From: Chthoniobacteraceae bacterium
GTDB lineage: Bacteria; Verrucomicrobiota; Verrucomicrobiia; Chthoniobacterales; Chthoniobacteraceae
Reading direction: 5' to 3'
NCBI GenBank assembly: GCA_031409655.1
Contig: JANNXQ010000144.1
Coordinates: 1-56,039 of the forward strand
Length of the DNA: 56,039 nt
Part shown: positions 17,015-26,695 of the stretch, piece by piece
How positions within the stretch are numbered: position 1 is the first letter of the stretch
Layout of the letters: every line of letters starts with the position of its first letter
The notes under the pieces: model-generated
Seen by the model: only the letters and a program-made list of their open reading frames with translations
What the model was told of the DNA's origin: nothing
The model's database searches: none
Made by a program: the position numbers and the translations under genes

Positions 17015-18523
17015 ATGAAACACCAACGCTCACCCTTGCCGCTCCTCTTCACGATCCTGCTCGCTACCATCGCTGGACTCCGCGCTGCGGACGCGCCGCG
17101 CCTCAAGACTGAGACCTTCGATCGTGATCCCGGCTGGGACGCGCACCACAACCGCATCCCGCCAACGAACGCGCCGAAGGTCACGCAGGACTTTGGCTAC
17201 AGCGCGACGCATCACGCCGGGCGGGGCGCGGGGGAAATCGGCGGGCGCATCCAGCGCTCGACGACGCCGGCGATGTATGCCGCGCCGCTCTCGCCCGTGA
17301 AGACGCTCGAGGACAGGTTCACGGCGTCGGGCAGTTTCGCGGTCACCGCGTCGCAGCCGGGTGGCGGGTTGTTCTTCGGCTTCTACAATTCTCAACAGCC
17401 CGGCGGGAGCGGGCGACCCCTCGGCTCACTCGGCATGGACATGGATTTCGAGGGCAAAGGCGGGCGACTCGCCGTGCGGATGCGCACCGATGGCAACAAA
17501 GGCTGCGGCACTTTCACCACGCCGTATCTGCCGGGAAAATTCCGTCCGACGCCGCTGAAGAATGACGGCACGCGCTACCACTGGACGCTCGCCTATGATC
17601 CCCAGGGCGCAGGCGGGCACGGGCAATTCACCTACACGCTGCGCAGCGACACCCACACGACGGAGGACTATGGAACCCTGCCCGAGGCATCGCAGCGCGA
17701 AGCCCACGCGCGCTTTCCCTACACGACCACCTTCACCGTCGATGTGACGCCGGGCTTGAAAAAAGAGGGCGCGACGTTTGACCGCTTCGGTTTCATCAAC
17801 GGGATGAAATTCGGCGGCTCGGCCACCGTATTCTTTGACGACGTGAAGATCGACGGACGCGCGCACGATTTCGCGCAAGATCCCGGCTGGATCGCGGTGG
17901 GCAATCGCACGACCTACGAAGATCGCGAAGTGACCGGCGCGCACGACTTCGGCTTTAGCGAGAAGACGAACCATGCGGGTGGCGCGCCCGGCGAAATCGG
18001 CGGCGGACTGTGGCGCAGCGGCGACTACGGCTACTACGCGGATCGCGTAGGACCCTTCGATCTCGAGCAACGGCTAGAAGCGCGCGGCAAGGTGAAGCTG
18101 GTCACCGCCGGGCCGGACTCGGACATGCACCTCGGCTGGTTCAGCAGCGCGAGCAAAGACCGCTCGCCGGATGAAGCAGGAAATTTCATCGGCATCCACG
18201 TCGGCGGCCCGACGCGCATCGGCCACTATTTCATCCCGCAATTCGCCACCGCGAAACCGACGAAAGGCAAAGTCGATCAAGGCCCCGTGCTCACGCCGGG
18301 CCGGATCTTCGACTGGTCCTTCGTCTATGATCCCGCCGCGAACGGCGGCCATGGCGAGCTGCGCGTGACACTCGGTGCGGAGTCCGTGACGCTCGCGCTG
18401 AAGCCCGGCCAGAAAAAGGAAGGCGCCACCTTGGATCGCTTCGGGCTTTTCACGTCGCAGGCCGGTGGGCAGATGGTGAAAATCTTTCTCGACGACCTGC
18501 ACTACACGGCGGCGTCCCATTAG
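17015..18523 (+). CDS. Secreted protein of unknown function with two copies of the same beta-rich domain
   Basis: MKHQRSPLPLLFTILL..; FDRDPGW..QDFGYS..GEIGG..YDP..FDRFG pattern repeated twice. Confidence 0.8.
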   Translation: MKHQRSPLPLLFTILLATIAGLRAADAPRLKTETFDRDPGWDAHHNRIPPTNAPKVTQDFGYSATHHAGRGAGEIGGRIQRSTTPAMYAAPLSPVKTLEDRFTASGSFAVTASQPGGGLFFGFYNSQQPGGSGRPLGSLGMDMDFEGKGGRLAVRMRTDGNKGCGTFTTPYLPGKFRPTPLKNDGTRYHWTLAYDPQGAGGHGQFTYTLRSDTHTTEDYGTLPEASQREAHARFPYTTTFTVDVTPGLKKEGATFDRFGFINGMKFGGSATVFFDDVKIDGRAHDFAQDPGWIAVGNRTTYEDREVTGAHDFGFSEKTNHAGGAPGEIGGGLWRSGDYGYYADRVGPFDLEQRLEARGKVKLVTAGPDSDMHLGWFSSASKDRSPDEAGNFIGIHVGGPTRIGHYFIPQFATAKPTKGKVDQGPVLTPGRIFDWSFVYDPAANGGHGELRVTLGAESVTLALKPGQKKEGATLDRFGLFTSQAGGQMVKIFLDDLHYTAASH

Positions 18524-18567
18524 TATTCCGCGCCGAGGCCGCGCTCCACCCACTCAACGAAAGACCC

Positions 18568-20397
18568 ATGAAATCCAACCTCTTCTTGCCGCTCCTCGCC
18601 GCGACGATCCTCGGCCTGCCTAACCTCCATCTCACCGCCGCGGAAAAGCCGGCAACGACGGAGTTGCTGCCCGCCGACTCACGTCGCTGGTCGCGCGCGG
18701 AGGAGGCCACGGTTCTGGCGGATTTGTCGCAAGCGCAGCCGGCCGCCGCGCTCATCACCGGCCAACGCGCAAAGGGGAAGTGGAAGCTGCTCCCGTTCGA
18801 GACGGCGACGTTGAAAGGCTCCGCGCTTTCCTGTTACTCCAGCACCGGGGCGCCGCAGGTGAGCGTGCCGCTGGCCGCGCGCGGCTGGCACGCCATCTAC
18901 GTCGGCATGGCCACGGTCTCGACTGGGTTCAGGGAGGCGAAGAGCGGGCTGCGGGTGAAGCTAAGTAATGAGGCCGTTTTCAAAAACATGGCGAACAATC
19001 TCGCGCTCTCGCCGGACCGCCGGGATGTCATCCAGGAGCAATTTCTCACCGTGGCCGAACTCGACGGGCAGTCGGTGCAGATCGCGCCGCAGGTCTCGCT
19101 GCCCGCGACGGTCTGCTACGTGAAGGTGGTTCCGCTGACTGCCGACGAAGTGGCCGCGTGGTCGGCGAATCGCGCGCCCAAAAAACGCGCCACGCGGACC
19201 TCGATCGCCACGTTCGATGGCCACAGTTGGATCTGGCCTTACAAGCCGCAGACGGCGGACGATCTGCGCGCAAATTTCCGCGGCTTCGAGGATTCGGATG
19301 TGGGCAAGTGGTGGTTCCAAGTGCTCGGCGCGGACCTCGTCTGTTACCCGAGCAAAGTCGGCCACCTGCCCGGCGAAGGCACGGTGGACTTTAGCAGCGG
19401 CGCGCACGCGACCTATGTGAAGTCCGCCCAGGCACTGTTCAAGAAAGGGATCAATCCGCTGCAAGTCGCCCGCGAAGCGGCGCGCGCGCAGGGCGCGGAG
19501 TTTCACGTCATGGTGCGCCCGGCGGGCTGGAAAGCGGCGATTCCGTATGAGGAGACTTTCAACAGCCGCTTCTACGAGGCGCATCCCGAGTGGCGCTGCG
19601 TGGATCGCGACGGCACGCCGACGATGCACATGAGTTACGCGGTGCCGGAGGTGCGCCAGCAAGTGCTGGCGATCTACCGCGAGACGCTCGACTTGCAGCC
19701 CGACGGCGTGGGCCTGCTCTTCAATCGCGGCATGCCGATGATGCTCTGGGAAGAAGCCTTCTCCGCGCGTTTCCAAAAACTGCACGACGCCGATGCGCGC
19801 ACCGTGCCCGAAGACGACCCGCGCATCCTCGCCCTGCGGGCCGCGATCATGACGGAATTCCTCACGGAAATCCGCACGTTGCTCGACGACACCGCACGCG
19901 CGCAGGGTCGCCAAGCGCGCTACAAGATTTCCCTCGGCACCTTCAGCACTGAGGCGGACAACCGGAAGTTCGGCTTCGATCTGCCGCTGTGGATCGAGCG
20001 CGGCCTCGTCGATGATCTCGGCGTGGCGTGGTTCGCGCACCACACCTCCTTCACCCAGCCGGACATGGCCTATTACGCACGGCTGACGAAGGGCACGAAG
20101 GTCGGCGTGTATCCCTTCGTCATCTCGTGGAAATCGGGCAAGCCGGAGGAACTGTGCAAGAAGGTCACCACCTTCTACCAGCAAGGCGCGAGCGGCATCG
20201 CCATCTGGGATCCGCAGGTGGAGCACGGCTGGACCGAAAAACCGCACGGCAATCTCTTCGACACCATGGGCCGCCTCGGCCACCGCGAAGACATCGCGCG
20301 CTGGGCCGTGAAAGGAGTGCCGCTGCCCCTCGCCATCCCCCTCACGCGGCTGGACGAAAATCACTACAGTCGCTGGTTTCCGACCACGGGATTCTGA
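18568..20397 (+). CDS. Secreted putative glycoside-hydrolase-like (GHL10/DUF187-like TIM barrel) protein
   Basis: Signal peptide; FYEAHPEW..SYAVPEVR..DGVGLLF..DLPLWIERGLVD pattern. Confidence 0.6.
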   Translation: MKSNLFLPLLAATILGLPNLHLTAAEKPATTELLPADSRRWSRAEEATVLADLSQAQPAAALITGQRAKGKWKLLPFETATLKGSALSCYSSTGAPQVSVPLAARGWHAIYVGMATVSTGFREAKSGLRVKLSNEAVFKNMANNLALSPDRRDVIQEQFLTVAELDGQSVQIAPQVSLPATVCYVKVVPLTADEVAAWSANRAPKKRATRTSIATFDGHSWIWPYKPQTADDLRANFRGFEDSDVGKWWFQVLGADLVCYPSKVGHLPGEGTVDFSSGAHATYVKSAQALFKKGINPLQVAREAARAQGAEFHVMVRPAGWKAAIPYEETFNSRFYEAHPEWRCVDRDGTPTMHMSYAVPEVRQQVLAIYRETLDLQPDGVGLLFNRGMPMMLWEEAFSARFQKLHDADARTVPEDDPRILALRAAIMTEFLTEIRTLLDDTARAQGRQARYKISLGTFSTEADNRKFGFDLPLWIERGLVDDLGVAWFAHHTSFTQPDMAYYARLTKGTKVGVYPFVISWKSGKPEELCKKVTTFYQQGASGIAIWDPQVEHGWTEKPHGNLFDTMGRLGHREDIARWAVKGVPLPLAIPLTRLDENHYSRWFPTTGF

Positions 20398-20399
20398 AC

Positions 20400-21140
20400 T
20401 CAGCTGCTGAGCGCTTCGATGAGCGCGCGCACTTCGGCGCGGATGCTTTCGTCGGTGGGTGCGTCCAGCGTGTCGGCGATGGTGGCGAAAAGCGCGGTGC
20501 GGAAATCCTTCCGCAGGCGGCAGACATTCACGCGCACCGCGCCTTCGCTGACGCCGAGCACACGCGCGGTGGCCGCGTAGTCTTCGCCGCCGCCGGTGTC
20601 GAGACCGAGGAAGCCGCGATACGGTGCGAGCGTGCCTGACTTGCCGCGCGCGGTTAGTTCCACTTCGAGACGCGCGACGGCGGCGTCCATGGTGGCGAGG
20701 GCCCAGGCGCGATCGAATTCACGCGCCGGTTCATGCGAGTCGGCCGGGTCGATCGGCGGTGCATCGTCGCCGCGCGGTGCGTCGATGGAGATGTGGACCT
20801 GTCCGCCGCCGCGCGTCTGCGCCGACTTGTGGCGATGCAGACTGTGCAAATGATTCGCAAACGCCGTGCAAAGAAACGTGCGCAACTTTCCCCGCTGCGG
20901 ATCCGCGACGGCGAAACGCTCGCGTTGCAGGAACTCGGCGAAGAACGATTGCGTCGCGTCTTCCGCATCCGTCGCGCTCAGACCGGTGCGGCAGGCAAAG
21001 GCGTGCAGCGGCGTCCAGTAAAGGTGGCAGAGTTCTTCGAGTGCGGCGCGCGCGGCGGGCTCCGTCGGCGACGCGGCACGCGCAACCAGACTCCAGCGCG
21101 TGGCGCGGAAGGCAGAAGGCGGAGTGACGGTCGGCGACAT
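20400..21140 (-). CDS. ECF sigma factor (kinase-associated type)
   Basis: FRATRWSLV; LCHLYWTPL; DAEDATQSFF; RGKLRTFL; LGVSEGAVRVNVCRLR. Confidence 0.88.
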   Translation of the reverse strand: MSPTVTPPSAFRATRWSLVARAASPTEPAARAALEELCHLYWTPLHAFACRTGLSATDAEDATQSFFAEFLQRERFAVADPQRGKLRTFLCTAFANHLHSLHRHKSAQTRGGGQVHISIDAPRGDDAPPIDPADSHEPAREFDRAWALATMDAAVARLEVELTARGKSGTLAPYRGFLGLDTGGGEDYAATARVLGVSEGAVRVNVCRLRKDFRTALFATIADTLDAPTDESIRAEVRALIEALSS

Positions 21141-21156
21141 CTCCGCCACCGATACC

Positions 21157-22935
21157 TCACGGCGCGGTGGCGGTCGCGGCGATTTTTCGCGCGAGCACGA
21201 GGCGAAAGCCAAAGCTGTAGCAGCGCAAATTGCGCTCGTGCGAAATTCGGCACGCGGTATCGAGCTTGTCTGGATCGGCATCCCACCAGCTCCCGCCGCG
21301 CAGCGTTTCCTTGGGATCGGTGCCGTTGTCCGTCCATTCCCAGACGTTGCCGCCGAGATCGTAGAGGCCGCGCCCATCCGGCGCGAAGCTGCCAACGGGC
21401 GCGGCATAAGCGTGGCCGTCTTGATAACCGGCAATCACTGGCAGCGCAGAATGTTTACCTCCGCTCGCGTGCAGCTCGCTACTCGCATAGTTCCCCGCAT
21501 TCGCGGGCGGCGGAAACTTCGCGCCCCACGGATAACGCCCGCTCGGAAAGGGCGTGTCGGGTTCGAGACCCGCGGCGACGCTCCATTCCGCGTTGGTCGG
21601 CAGCCGATAACGATCTTCCGCGGCGATGCGTCCGGATGCGCGCTCGTATTCGGTGAGCCATTCACAGAAAGAGATCGCCTCGAAATGCGAGATCCCAACG
21701 ACCGGATGATCGCGAGTCTGCGGCACGCTCGGGTCTCTCCAAGTTCCCTCCGCCCGCAGCCAGCCTTCCTGTCCGCCCGTGTAGTTCACCGCGACGTGGC
21801 CGGCGAAGACTCCCAACTCCCGCGCGCTCGCATACGCCGTGAAATCGCGCACGCGCGTTTCCGTGGTGCAGAAGAGCACGCCCGGCGTGCCCGCCGGAAC
21901 GAAGCGCAGGCCGAGGCTATTGACGAATGGCGCGGGAACTTCCGGTGCCACCGCCACCGGCAGCAGCGCCTGCGGCGACCACTGCCAGACCGCGACGCCG
22001 GCTGCCGCCGCGATGCCCATCGCGCCCGCCAGCGCCGCGAACCGCGGACGCTTCGGTGCCTCGCTCACGGCGAGTGCCGCGCGCAACTCACCGACGGTCG
22101 AGTAACGGAGGCTCGGTTCGCTTTGCAGCGCACGCGTCACCACGCGGTCGAGCGCGCGGGCCGTCGGGACGAGTTGCGCGAGGGGACGGAAAACGCCGCG
22201 CGGGAGCTGCCCGGTGAGCAACTCGTAAAGCATCACGCCGACGCTGAAGATATCCGCGCGTTCATCCACCACTGCCGCGGGCTGCGTCTGCTCCGGCGCG
22301 ACATACTCCGGCGTGCCGAGCAGCGCGCCCGTGACGGTGAGCGCCGTGCGCGGCTCGTCGCCGGCGAGCTGGGCGATGCCGAAGTCCGTCACCTTCACGC
22401 GCCCCGCCGCATCGAGCAGGATGTTGCCCGGTTTCACGTCGCGATGCACCACTCCGTGCGCGTGCGCAAATTCCAACGCCTCGCAGACCTGCCGCACCAC
22501 CGTGATCGCTTCCGCCCGCGGCAACTTTCCCTGCTGCAAGCGCGCCGCGAGATCCGTTCCATGCACATATTCCATGACGATGAAAAAGTGCCCGTCATCC
22601 GCCTGCCCGAAATCATGCACCGCGACGATGTGCGGGTGGCTGAGCCGCGCGAGCGCCGTCGCTTCGCGGCGAAAGCGCTCCGCGAAATCCTCCCGCACGC
22701 CGAGCTCGAACGGCAGCAGCTTGATCGCCACGAGCCGATCCAGCGACCGCTGCCGCGCGCGATACACCGCCCCCATTCCACCGCGCCCGATCAGCGCCTC
22801 GATCACATACGCCGGGAAAAGTGGCGCGAGCTTTTCCACCGCCGGCGGCACCCAGGCGCCCGCCCAGTCCGCTTCGGTCAGGGCCGCCGCAAAAGCACTG
22901 CGCACTCGGGTCACGCGAGGATCGGATTCAGGCAT
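21157..22935 (-). CDS. Ser/Thr protein kinase with TM segment and C-terminal FGE-sulfatase (SUMF1-like) domain
   Basis: [61 protein letters not shown]. Confidence 0.92.
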   Translation of the reverse strand: MPESDPRVTRVRSAFAAALTEADWAGAWVPPAVEKLAPLFPAYVIEALIGRGGMGAVYRARQRSLDRLVAIKLLPFELGVREDFAERFRREATALARLSHPHIVAVHDFGQADDGHFFIVMEYVHGTDLAARLQQGKLPRAEAITVVRQVCEALEFAHAHGVVHRDVKPGNILLDAAGRVKVTDFGIAQLAGDEPRTALTVTGALLGTPEYVAPEQTQPAAVVDERADIFSVGVMLYELLTGQLPRGVFRPLAQLVPTARALDRVVTRALQSEPSLRYSTVGELRAALAVSEAPKRPRFAALAGAMGIAAAAGVAVWQWSPQALLPVAVAPEVPAPFVNSLGLRFVPAGTPGVLFCTTETRVRDFTAYASARELGVFAGHVAVNYTGGQEGWLRAEGTWRDPSVPQTRDHPVVGISHFEAISFCEWLTEYERASGRIAAEDRYRLPTNAEWSVAAGLEPDTPFPSGRYPWGAKFPPPANAGNYASSELHASGGKHSALPVIAGYQDGHAYAAPVGSFAPDGRGLYDLGGNVWEWTDNGTDPKETLRGGSWWDADPDKLDTACRISHERNLRCYSFGFRLVLARKIAATATAP

Positions 22936-23011
22936 GGCGCGCGCACCGTTTCATGCGCCCAAGCTACGCCCCCATCGCGCGGAAACACAACGCAGGACCG
23001 GACGCAACCGG

Positions 23012-23158
23012 AGCGGCTGTCTCCCTACTGCCGAACCAACCACTCGCGCCGGAGGCGCACACGCTGAGGCAAGGCGGTGAGGAGCACGGCCTCCACCTGA
23101 CCCATTTTTGTCCGCCTCCGGCGCGAGCATTTCAATCGGCAGTCTGGAGACAGCCGCT
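23012..23158. repeat. REPIN-like palindrome (46-bp imperfect arms)
   Basis: AGCGGCTGTCTCC..CTCGCGCCGGAGGCG (23012-23057) vs CGCCTCCGGCGCGAG..GGAGACAGCCGCT (23113-23158). Confidence 0.8.
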
Positions 23159-23169
23159 TCGCTGGCCGC

Positions 23170-23670
23170 TCACCGGCGGACCGTCCACTCGCCGGGCACG
23201 TCGAAGCGCAGGGGCCCAGGGTTAACTTGCGTCCCGATGGTGGTGTAGATCAGGCAATCCTCGCTTGCGTCGGGCTCGATGATCAGAAACGCAAAATCCT
23301 GCGCCACCCGGCCCGCGCTGCGGCGCAGCCGCAGAAGCACGCGAGCGCGGATGGGTTGGCCCGCAGGATCGAAGTCCAGCCCGCCGACCTCCGGCGCGTA
23401 ATCCGCGCGGCTGCCATCGCCGAAATCAAAGCGCAGATAGCCGCGGGCCGAGCCGTTGGCGCCGGCGGTGAGATCGCTGTCGAAGCGCGCGGTGAAACTT
23501 TCCCCGCCACAGGTGCTCAGAACGATCGGGGTGAGGAGGATGTGCGGCTTGCTGCGGACGAAGACGTCCCTCATCGCGAGAGCGCGAGTGGAGGGCAGGG
23601 CGATACCGGCGAGGATCAGGCCGAAGGCGCTGCGGCGGGTGAGCTTCGAGGTCGGGTTGTTTGTTTTCAT
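23170..23670 (-). CDS. Hypothetical protein with Tat-like signal
   Basis: MKTNNPTSKLTRRSAFGLILAGIALPSTRALA. Confidence 0.7.
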   Translation of the reverse strand: MKTNNPTSKLTRRSAFGLILAGIALPSTRALAMRDVFVRSKPHILLTPIVLSTCGGESFTARFDSDLTAGANGSARGYLRFDFGDGSRADYAPEVGGLDFDPAGQPIRARVLLRLRRSAGRVAQDFAFLIIEPDASEDCLIYTTIGTQVNPGPLRFDVPGEWTVRR

Positions 23671-23711
23671 GGTGGGGTTTTGGTTGGTTTGGAAAAGGAG
23701 GGCGCGTCGCG

Positions 23712-24131
23712 TTACGGCCGGCGCAGGCGGAAGAAGCGGCGTCCGTTCGGCTGGCCCCAGGTGACCTGGAATTCCTCGCCCGCTTTCACCGGCGAGATGG
23801 CCACGGCAGTCCACGAGCCGGTGACGAGATCGGGCGATGTCTGGAGGCCGAATCCCGGCGATGGATTCGGCCACGCGAGCACGATGTCGGCGCCGCTTTT
23901 GAAAATGCGCAGCAGCGGCACCGGCTCATCGATCAGTGACCAGTAGCCGCCAACAAAAGCGAACGGCCCTGCGGCCCCGGTGAAGGCGTCGGGCTGGCCG
24001 AGGGTGCCGTGCATTGCAAATGGACCCGCAGAGCCGCTGCCGCCGCCGGCGTCCATGGTGTGCCAGTCGATGGTGTATTGCGCCGCCGCATTCGCGACGG
24101 CGACGAAGAGCAGGAGCAGCGTGGTTTTCAT
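23712..24131 (-). CDS. Small secreted DGGG-type protein with ..FFRL C-terminus
   Basis: MKTTLLLLFVAVANAAA|QYTIDWHTMDAGGGSGSAG..GTLGQPDA..GGYW..LQTSPDL..W..RRFFRLRRP. Confidence 0.85.
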   Translation of the reverse strand: MKTTLLLLFVAVANAAAQYTIDWHTMDAGGGSGSAGPFAMHGTLGQPDAFTGAAGPFAFVGGYWSLIDEPVPLLRIFKSGADIVLAWPNPSPGFGLQTSPDLVTGSWTAVAISPVKAGEEFQVTWGQPNGRRFFRLRRP

Positions 24132-24136
24132 GCGAG

Positions 24137-26695
24137 TCAGCGCTGGATGACGACCGGGCCATCCGCATCGTAGAAGTCGTAGCGGCGAATGGTCATCGGC
24201 GTGGTGAAGAGGGCGTTCTCCTGGTAGCTGCCCCCGCGGAGGTAGAGGCGCGTGCCGCTCGGGGAACCGCCGAGCGCGTCGCCGACAGTGCGCCATGGGC
24301 CACCGTTCAGATTTGGCAGCATGTCCTTGAAGCCATTGGGCGCGACATTCGCGAGACCATGCACGACGTAGCGCGTGTTCAATCGCGGGCGGATGCCGAG
24401 ATCAGGCGCGTAGGTGCCGTGACCGCTCATCGTCGTGAAGGCGTTCGCCGTCTCGCCGCCGCGGACGATCCAGTCGATGCGCATCGTCCGCGCCTGGTGA
24501 AAGGGCAGTGGGCGCGGGCCAACGATGAGGGTGCCGATGGTCCCCGCCGTTTCCAGGTCGATGACTTCCTGCACCGTCTGCGGCATCGGGTCGAGACGGT
24601 CGGCGTGGATGTGCGTGTGGACATCGCCCGAAGCGCCCGAGTTTCCCATGTGTCCGAGGATTTGCCCGGCGCTCACGGTCGCGCCGGGATAGAGCACATT
24701 GGTATTTACGCTGCCTTCCTGGAAGTGCGCGTAGAGCACGCGGCAATTGCCGTGCAGCACATACACGCCGTTGCCGCTGCCGCCGGCCCAGTGCCACGTC
24801 ATGATCTTCAGTGCGCCACCGGTCGTGCGCACGCCCACGAAGTAATCCGTCGCGTCCGTTTCATCGAGGCTCACGCGGTCCACGAGGCCGGCGGTATTCT
24901 GCGCGGAGTACTCATAGGTCGCGGGCTCGGCGACATCGGGATCGCCCCAGCCGTTGATTTTGAAAGTGCCGCCTGCGAGCACCGAGACGCTGGTCACATT
25001 GTCCGCACCGTCTTTCCCCCGCCCCGGCGCGAGGGCGAGCGCGGTGTCGGTGATGGCGACATCGGTGGTGGTCACGAGTTCGGGGTTGTTGATCGTGCCA
25101 TCCTCCGCCGCGTCCCAGCGGTGAAGCTGCATGACGCCACCAGGATTGGTGCGCGAAGCGGTGACCCAGCGGTTGCGTAGCCAGCCCGTCTTGGTGGCCA
25201 CGCTGGCGGCGACGCGGGTGATCGCGCCGAGGGTGCGCTCGCCTTTGCGATCGAGCACGCTGCTGCGCTCCACGAAATCCCAGGCGATCACTTTGAGCGT
25301 GCCGGCGACGGTGCGGAGCGAGGTGGCCACGCGCGTCTCGCTCAGCCCGGTGATGCAGAGCGAAGTCGCGTCGCCTGCGCTTTCGCTGGCGAGTAATTGC
25401 GGAAAGTTTCCCTCGTCCGACCACACCGTGACGCGCATCCCGCCGCCCGCGGCGCGCACGGCCGTGGCAAAGCGGCTCGTGGACATCTTCGTGATCGCGA
25501 CCTCCTCGACCGCAGCGCCGTCGCCATGCACGCGCGTGACCGTGGCGCCTCCGTCTGAGATGGTCCACACGATCAGGCGCTCCGTCCCGCTGGTCAGCCG
25601 CAGGATCCCGACCACCTTCTCGTCGGTGAGCGCGTCGAGGGTGGCGTGGGTGACGAGTTCACCGGGCTCGATCGGCGACGAACCCAGCCGCGTGATCTGC
25701 CGCCCGACGTCCGCCATTTCCCACACCGAGAGCTGCACACCACCCGCCGGCAGCCGCTGGAGACTGGCCGCTCGCGTGCTGCTCAGTCGCGTCACTTTCA
25801 CATCGCTGATCTGCTCGCCGTCCACCTCCCCCATCTTTTGGAAAGCGCGCACTCCTGGTGCCGGATTATTGATGATGCCGGTGACGGTGCGCAGCACGGT
25901 GCCGGTGGCGATGGCGCGGATGGGGATGCCCCAGCCGAGCGCGTCGGCGTTCACGCTATTGCTGCCGCCGAGGCGGTAGTCGAGATGCGTGTCCGTCGAG
26001 TCGATGCGATACACGCGCCAGTCCGTGCCCCAGCCCTGATTGTGCGGCGGCTCGTGGGTGCCGCCGGAGAAGTATTCATTCGGGCCGAGGTCGCCTTCAT
26101 CAGCAGGGAAAATGTATTGTCCGCCCGGCAGGGGAGCGACGTAGGCGGCGAGCGGCCGCTGCCAGGTCTTCGGCTCGGGATTTCCCTCGGCAAAGACGCT
26201 GATCAAGACGGTGTCCGGCGCCGGCGCGGGGAGGTAGATGACTTCTGCGGCCGTGAGCCCGATCTCGACCACGCCTGAGCGCGGCAGGTCGATGTCGCGG
26301 TCAAAGGGATGCACAGTGGCGAGCTGGCCGGTCAGCAGCGTGGCCTGCACGCGCGTGATCTTGTAGTCGATCAGCGACGAGTTATTCATCACGCGCACCG
26401 TGAACCAGAGGCGCCCTGATGTGGTGTGATTGCCACTGACCGCGCCGATCCGCGCATAGACGAGCGGCCCCGCGGCGTTGGGTTCGATGGGACTCACGGT
26501 CAGGGTGACGGATGGCGGGGCGGCTGCGACCGTGGCGAGGAGGAGAAGGGAACATCCAACACTCAACATCCAACATCCAACATCCAATGCCGCCACGGTC
26601 GCCGCGCCCCTGTGTCCGCGAGGTCCATTGGATGCTGGATGTTGGATGTTGAGTGTTGGATGTTTTTTCATCGTTCGTTCCTCCGGCGGGTTCAT
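24137..26695 (-). CDS. Secreted M23-family metallopeptidase with a repeat domain inserted in the catalytic region
   Basis: GIPIRAIATGTV ... GNGVYV..LYAHFQEGS..GQILGHMGNSGAS..HTHIH; ATG 26695 overlaps the upstream stop, alternative ATG 26671. Confidence 0.8.
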   Translation of the reverse strand: MNPPEERTMKKHPTLNIQHPASNGPRGHRGAATVAALDVGCWMLSVGCSLLLLATVAAAPPSVTLTVSPIEPNAAGPLVYARIGAVSGNHTTSGRLWFTVRVMNNSSLIDYKITRVQATLLTGQLATVHPFDRDIDLPRSGVVEIGLTAAEVIYLPAPAPDTVLISVFAEGNPEPKTWQRPLAAYVAPLPGGQYIFPADEGDLGPNEYFSGGTHEPPHNQGWGTDWRVYRIDSTDTHLDYRLGGSNSVNADALGWGIPIRAIATGTVLRTVTGIINNPAPGVRAFQKMGEVDGEQISDVKVTRLSSTRAASLQRLPAGGVQLSVWEMADVGRQITRLGSSPIEPGELVTHATLDALTDEKVVGILRLTSGTERLIVWTISDGGATVTRVHGDGAAVEEVAITKMSTSRFATAVRAAGGGMRVTVWSDEGNFPQLLASESAGDATSLCITGLSETRVATSLRTVAGTLKVIAWDFVERSSVLDRKGERTLGAITRVAASVATKTGWLRNRWVTASRTNPGGVMQLHRWDAAEDGTINNPELVTTTDVAITDTALALAPGRGKDGADNVTSVSVLAGGTFKINGWGDPDVAEPATYEYSAQNTAGLVDRVSLDETDATDYFVGVRTTGGALKIMTWHWAGGSGNGVYVLHGNCRVLYAHFQEGSVNTNVLYPGATVSAGQILGHMGNSGASGDVHTHIHADRLDPMPQTVQEVIDLETAGTIGTLIVGPRPLPFHQARTMRIDWIVRGGETANAFTTMSGHGTYAPDLGIRPRLNTRYVVHGLANVAPNGFKDMLPNLNGGPWRTVGDALGGSPSGTRLYLRGGSYQENALFTTPMTIRRYDFYDADGPVVIQR
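26551..26664. repeat. 114-bp hairpin of inverted 7-mer arrays (CAACATC), in frame in the M23 signal-peptide region
   Basis: Arms 26551-26589 and 26626-26664 are complementary at 38 of 39 positions. Confidence 0.92.

Noticed and set aside
21157..21400. FGE/CLec-fold C-terminus as a DGR target, with the four-helix protein as Avd
   Set aside because: No second copy of this region (template repeat) and no RT seen; the four-helix gene is ~13 kb away in an unrelated operon.
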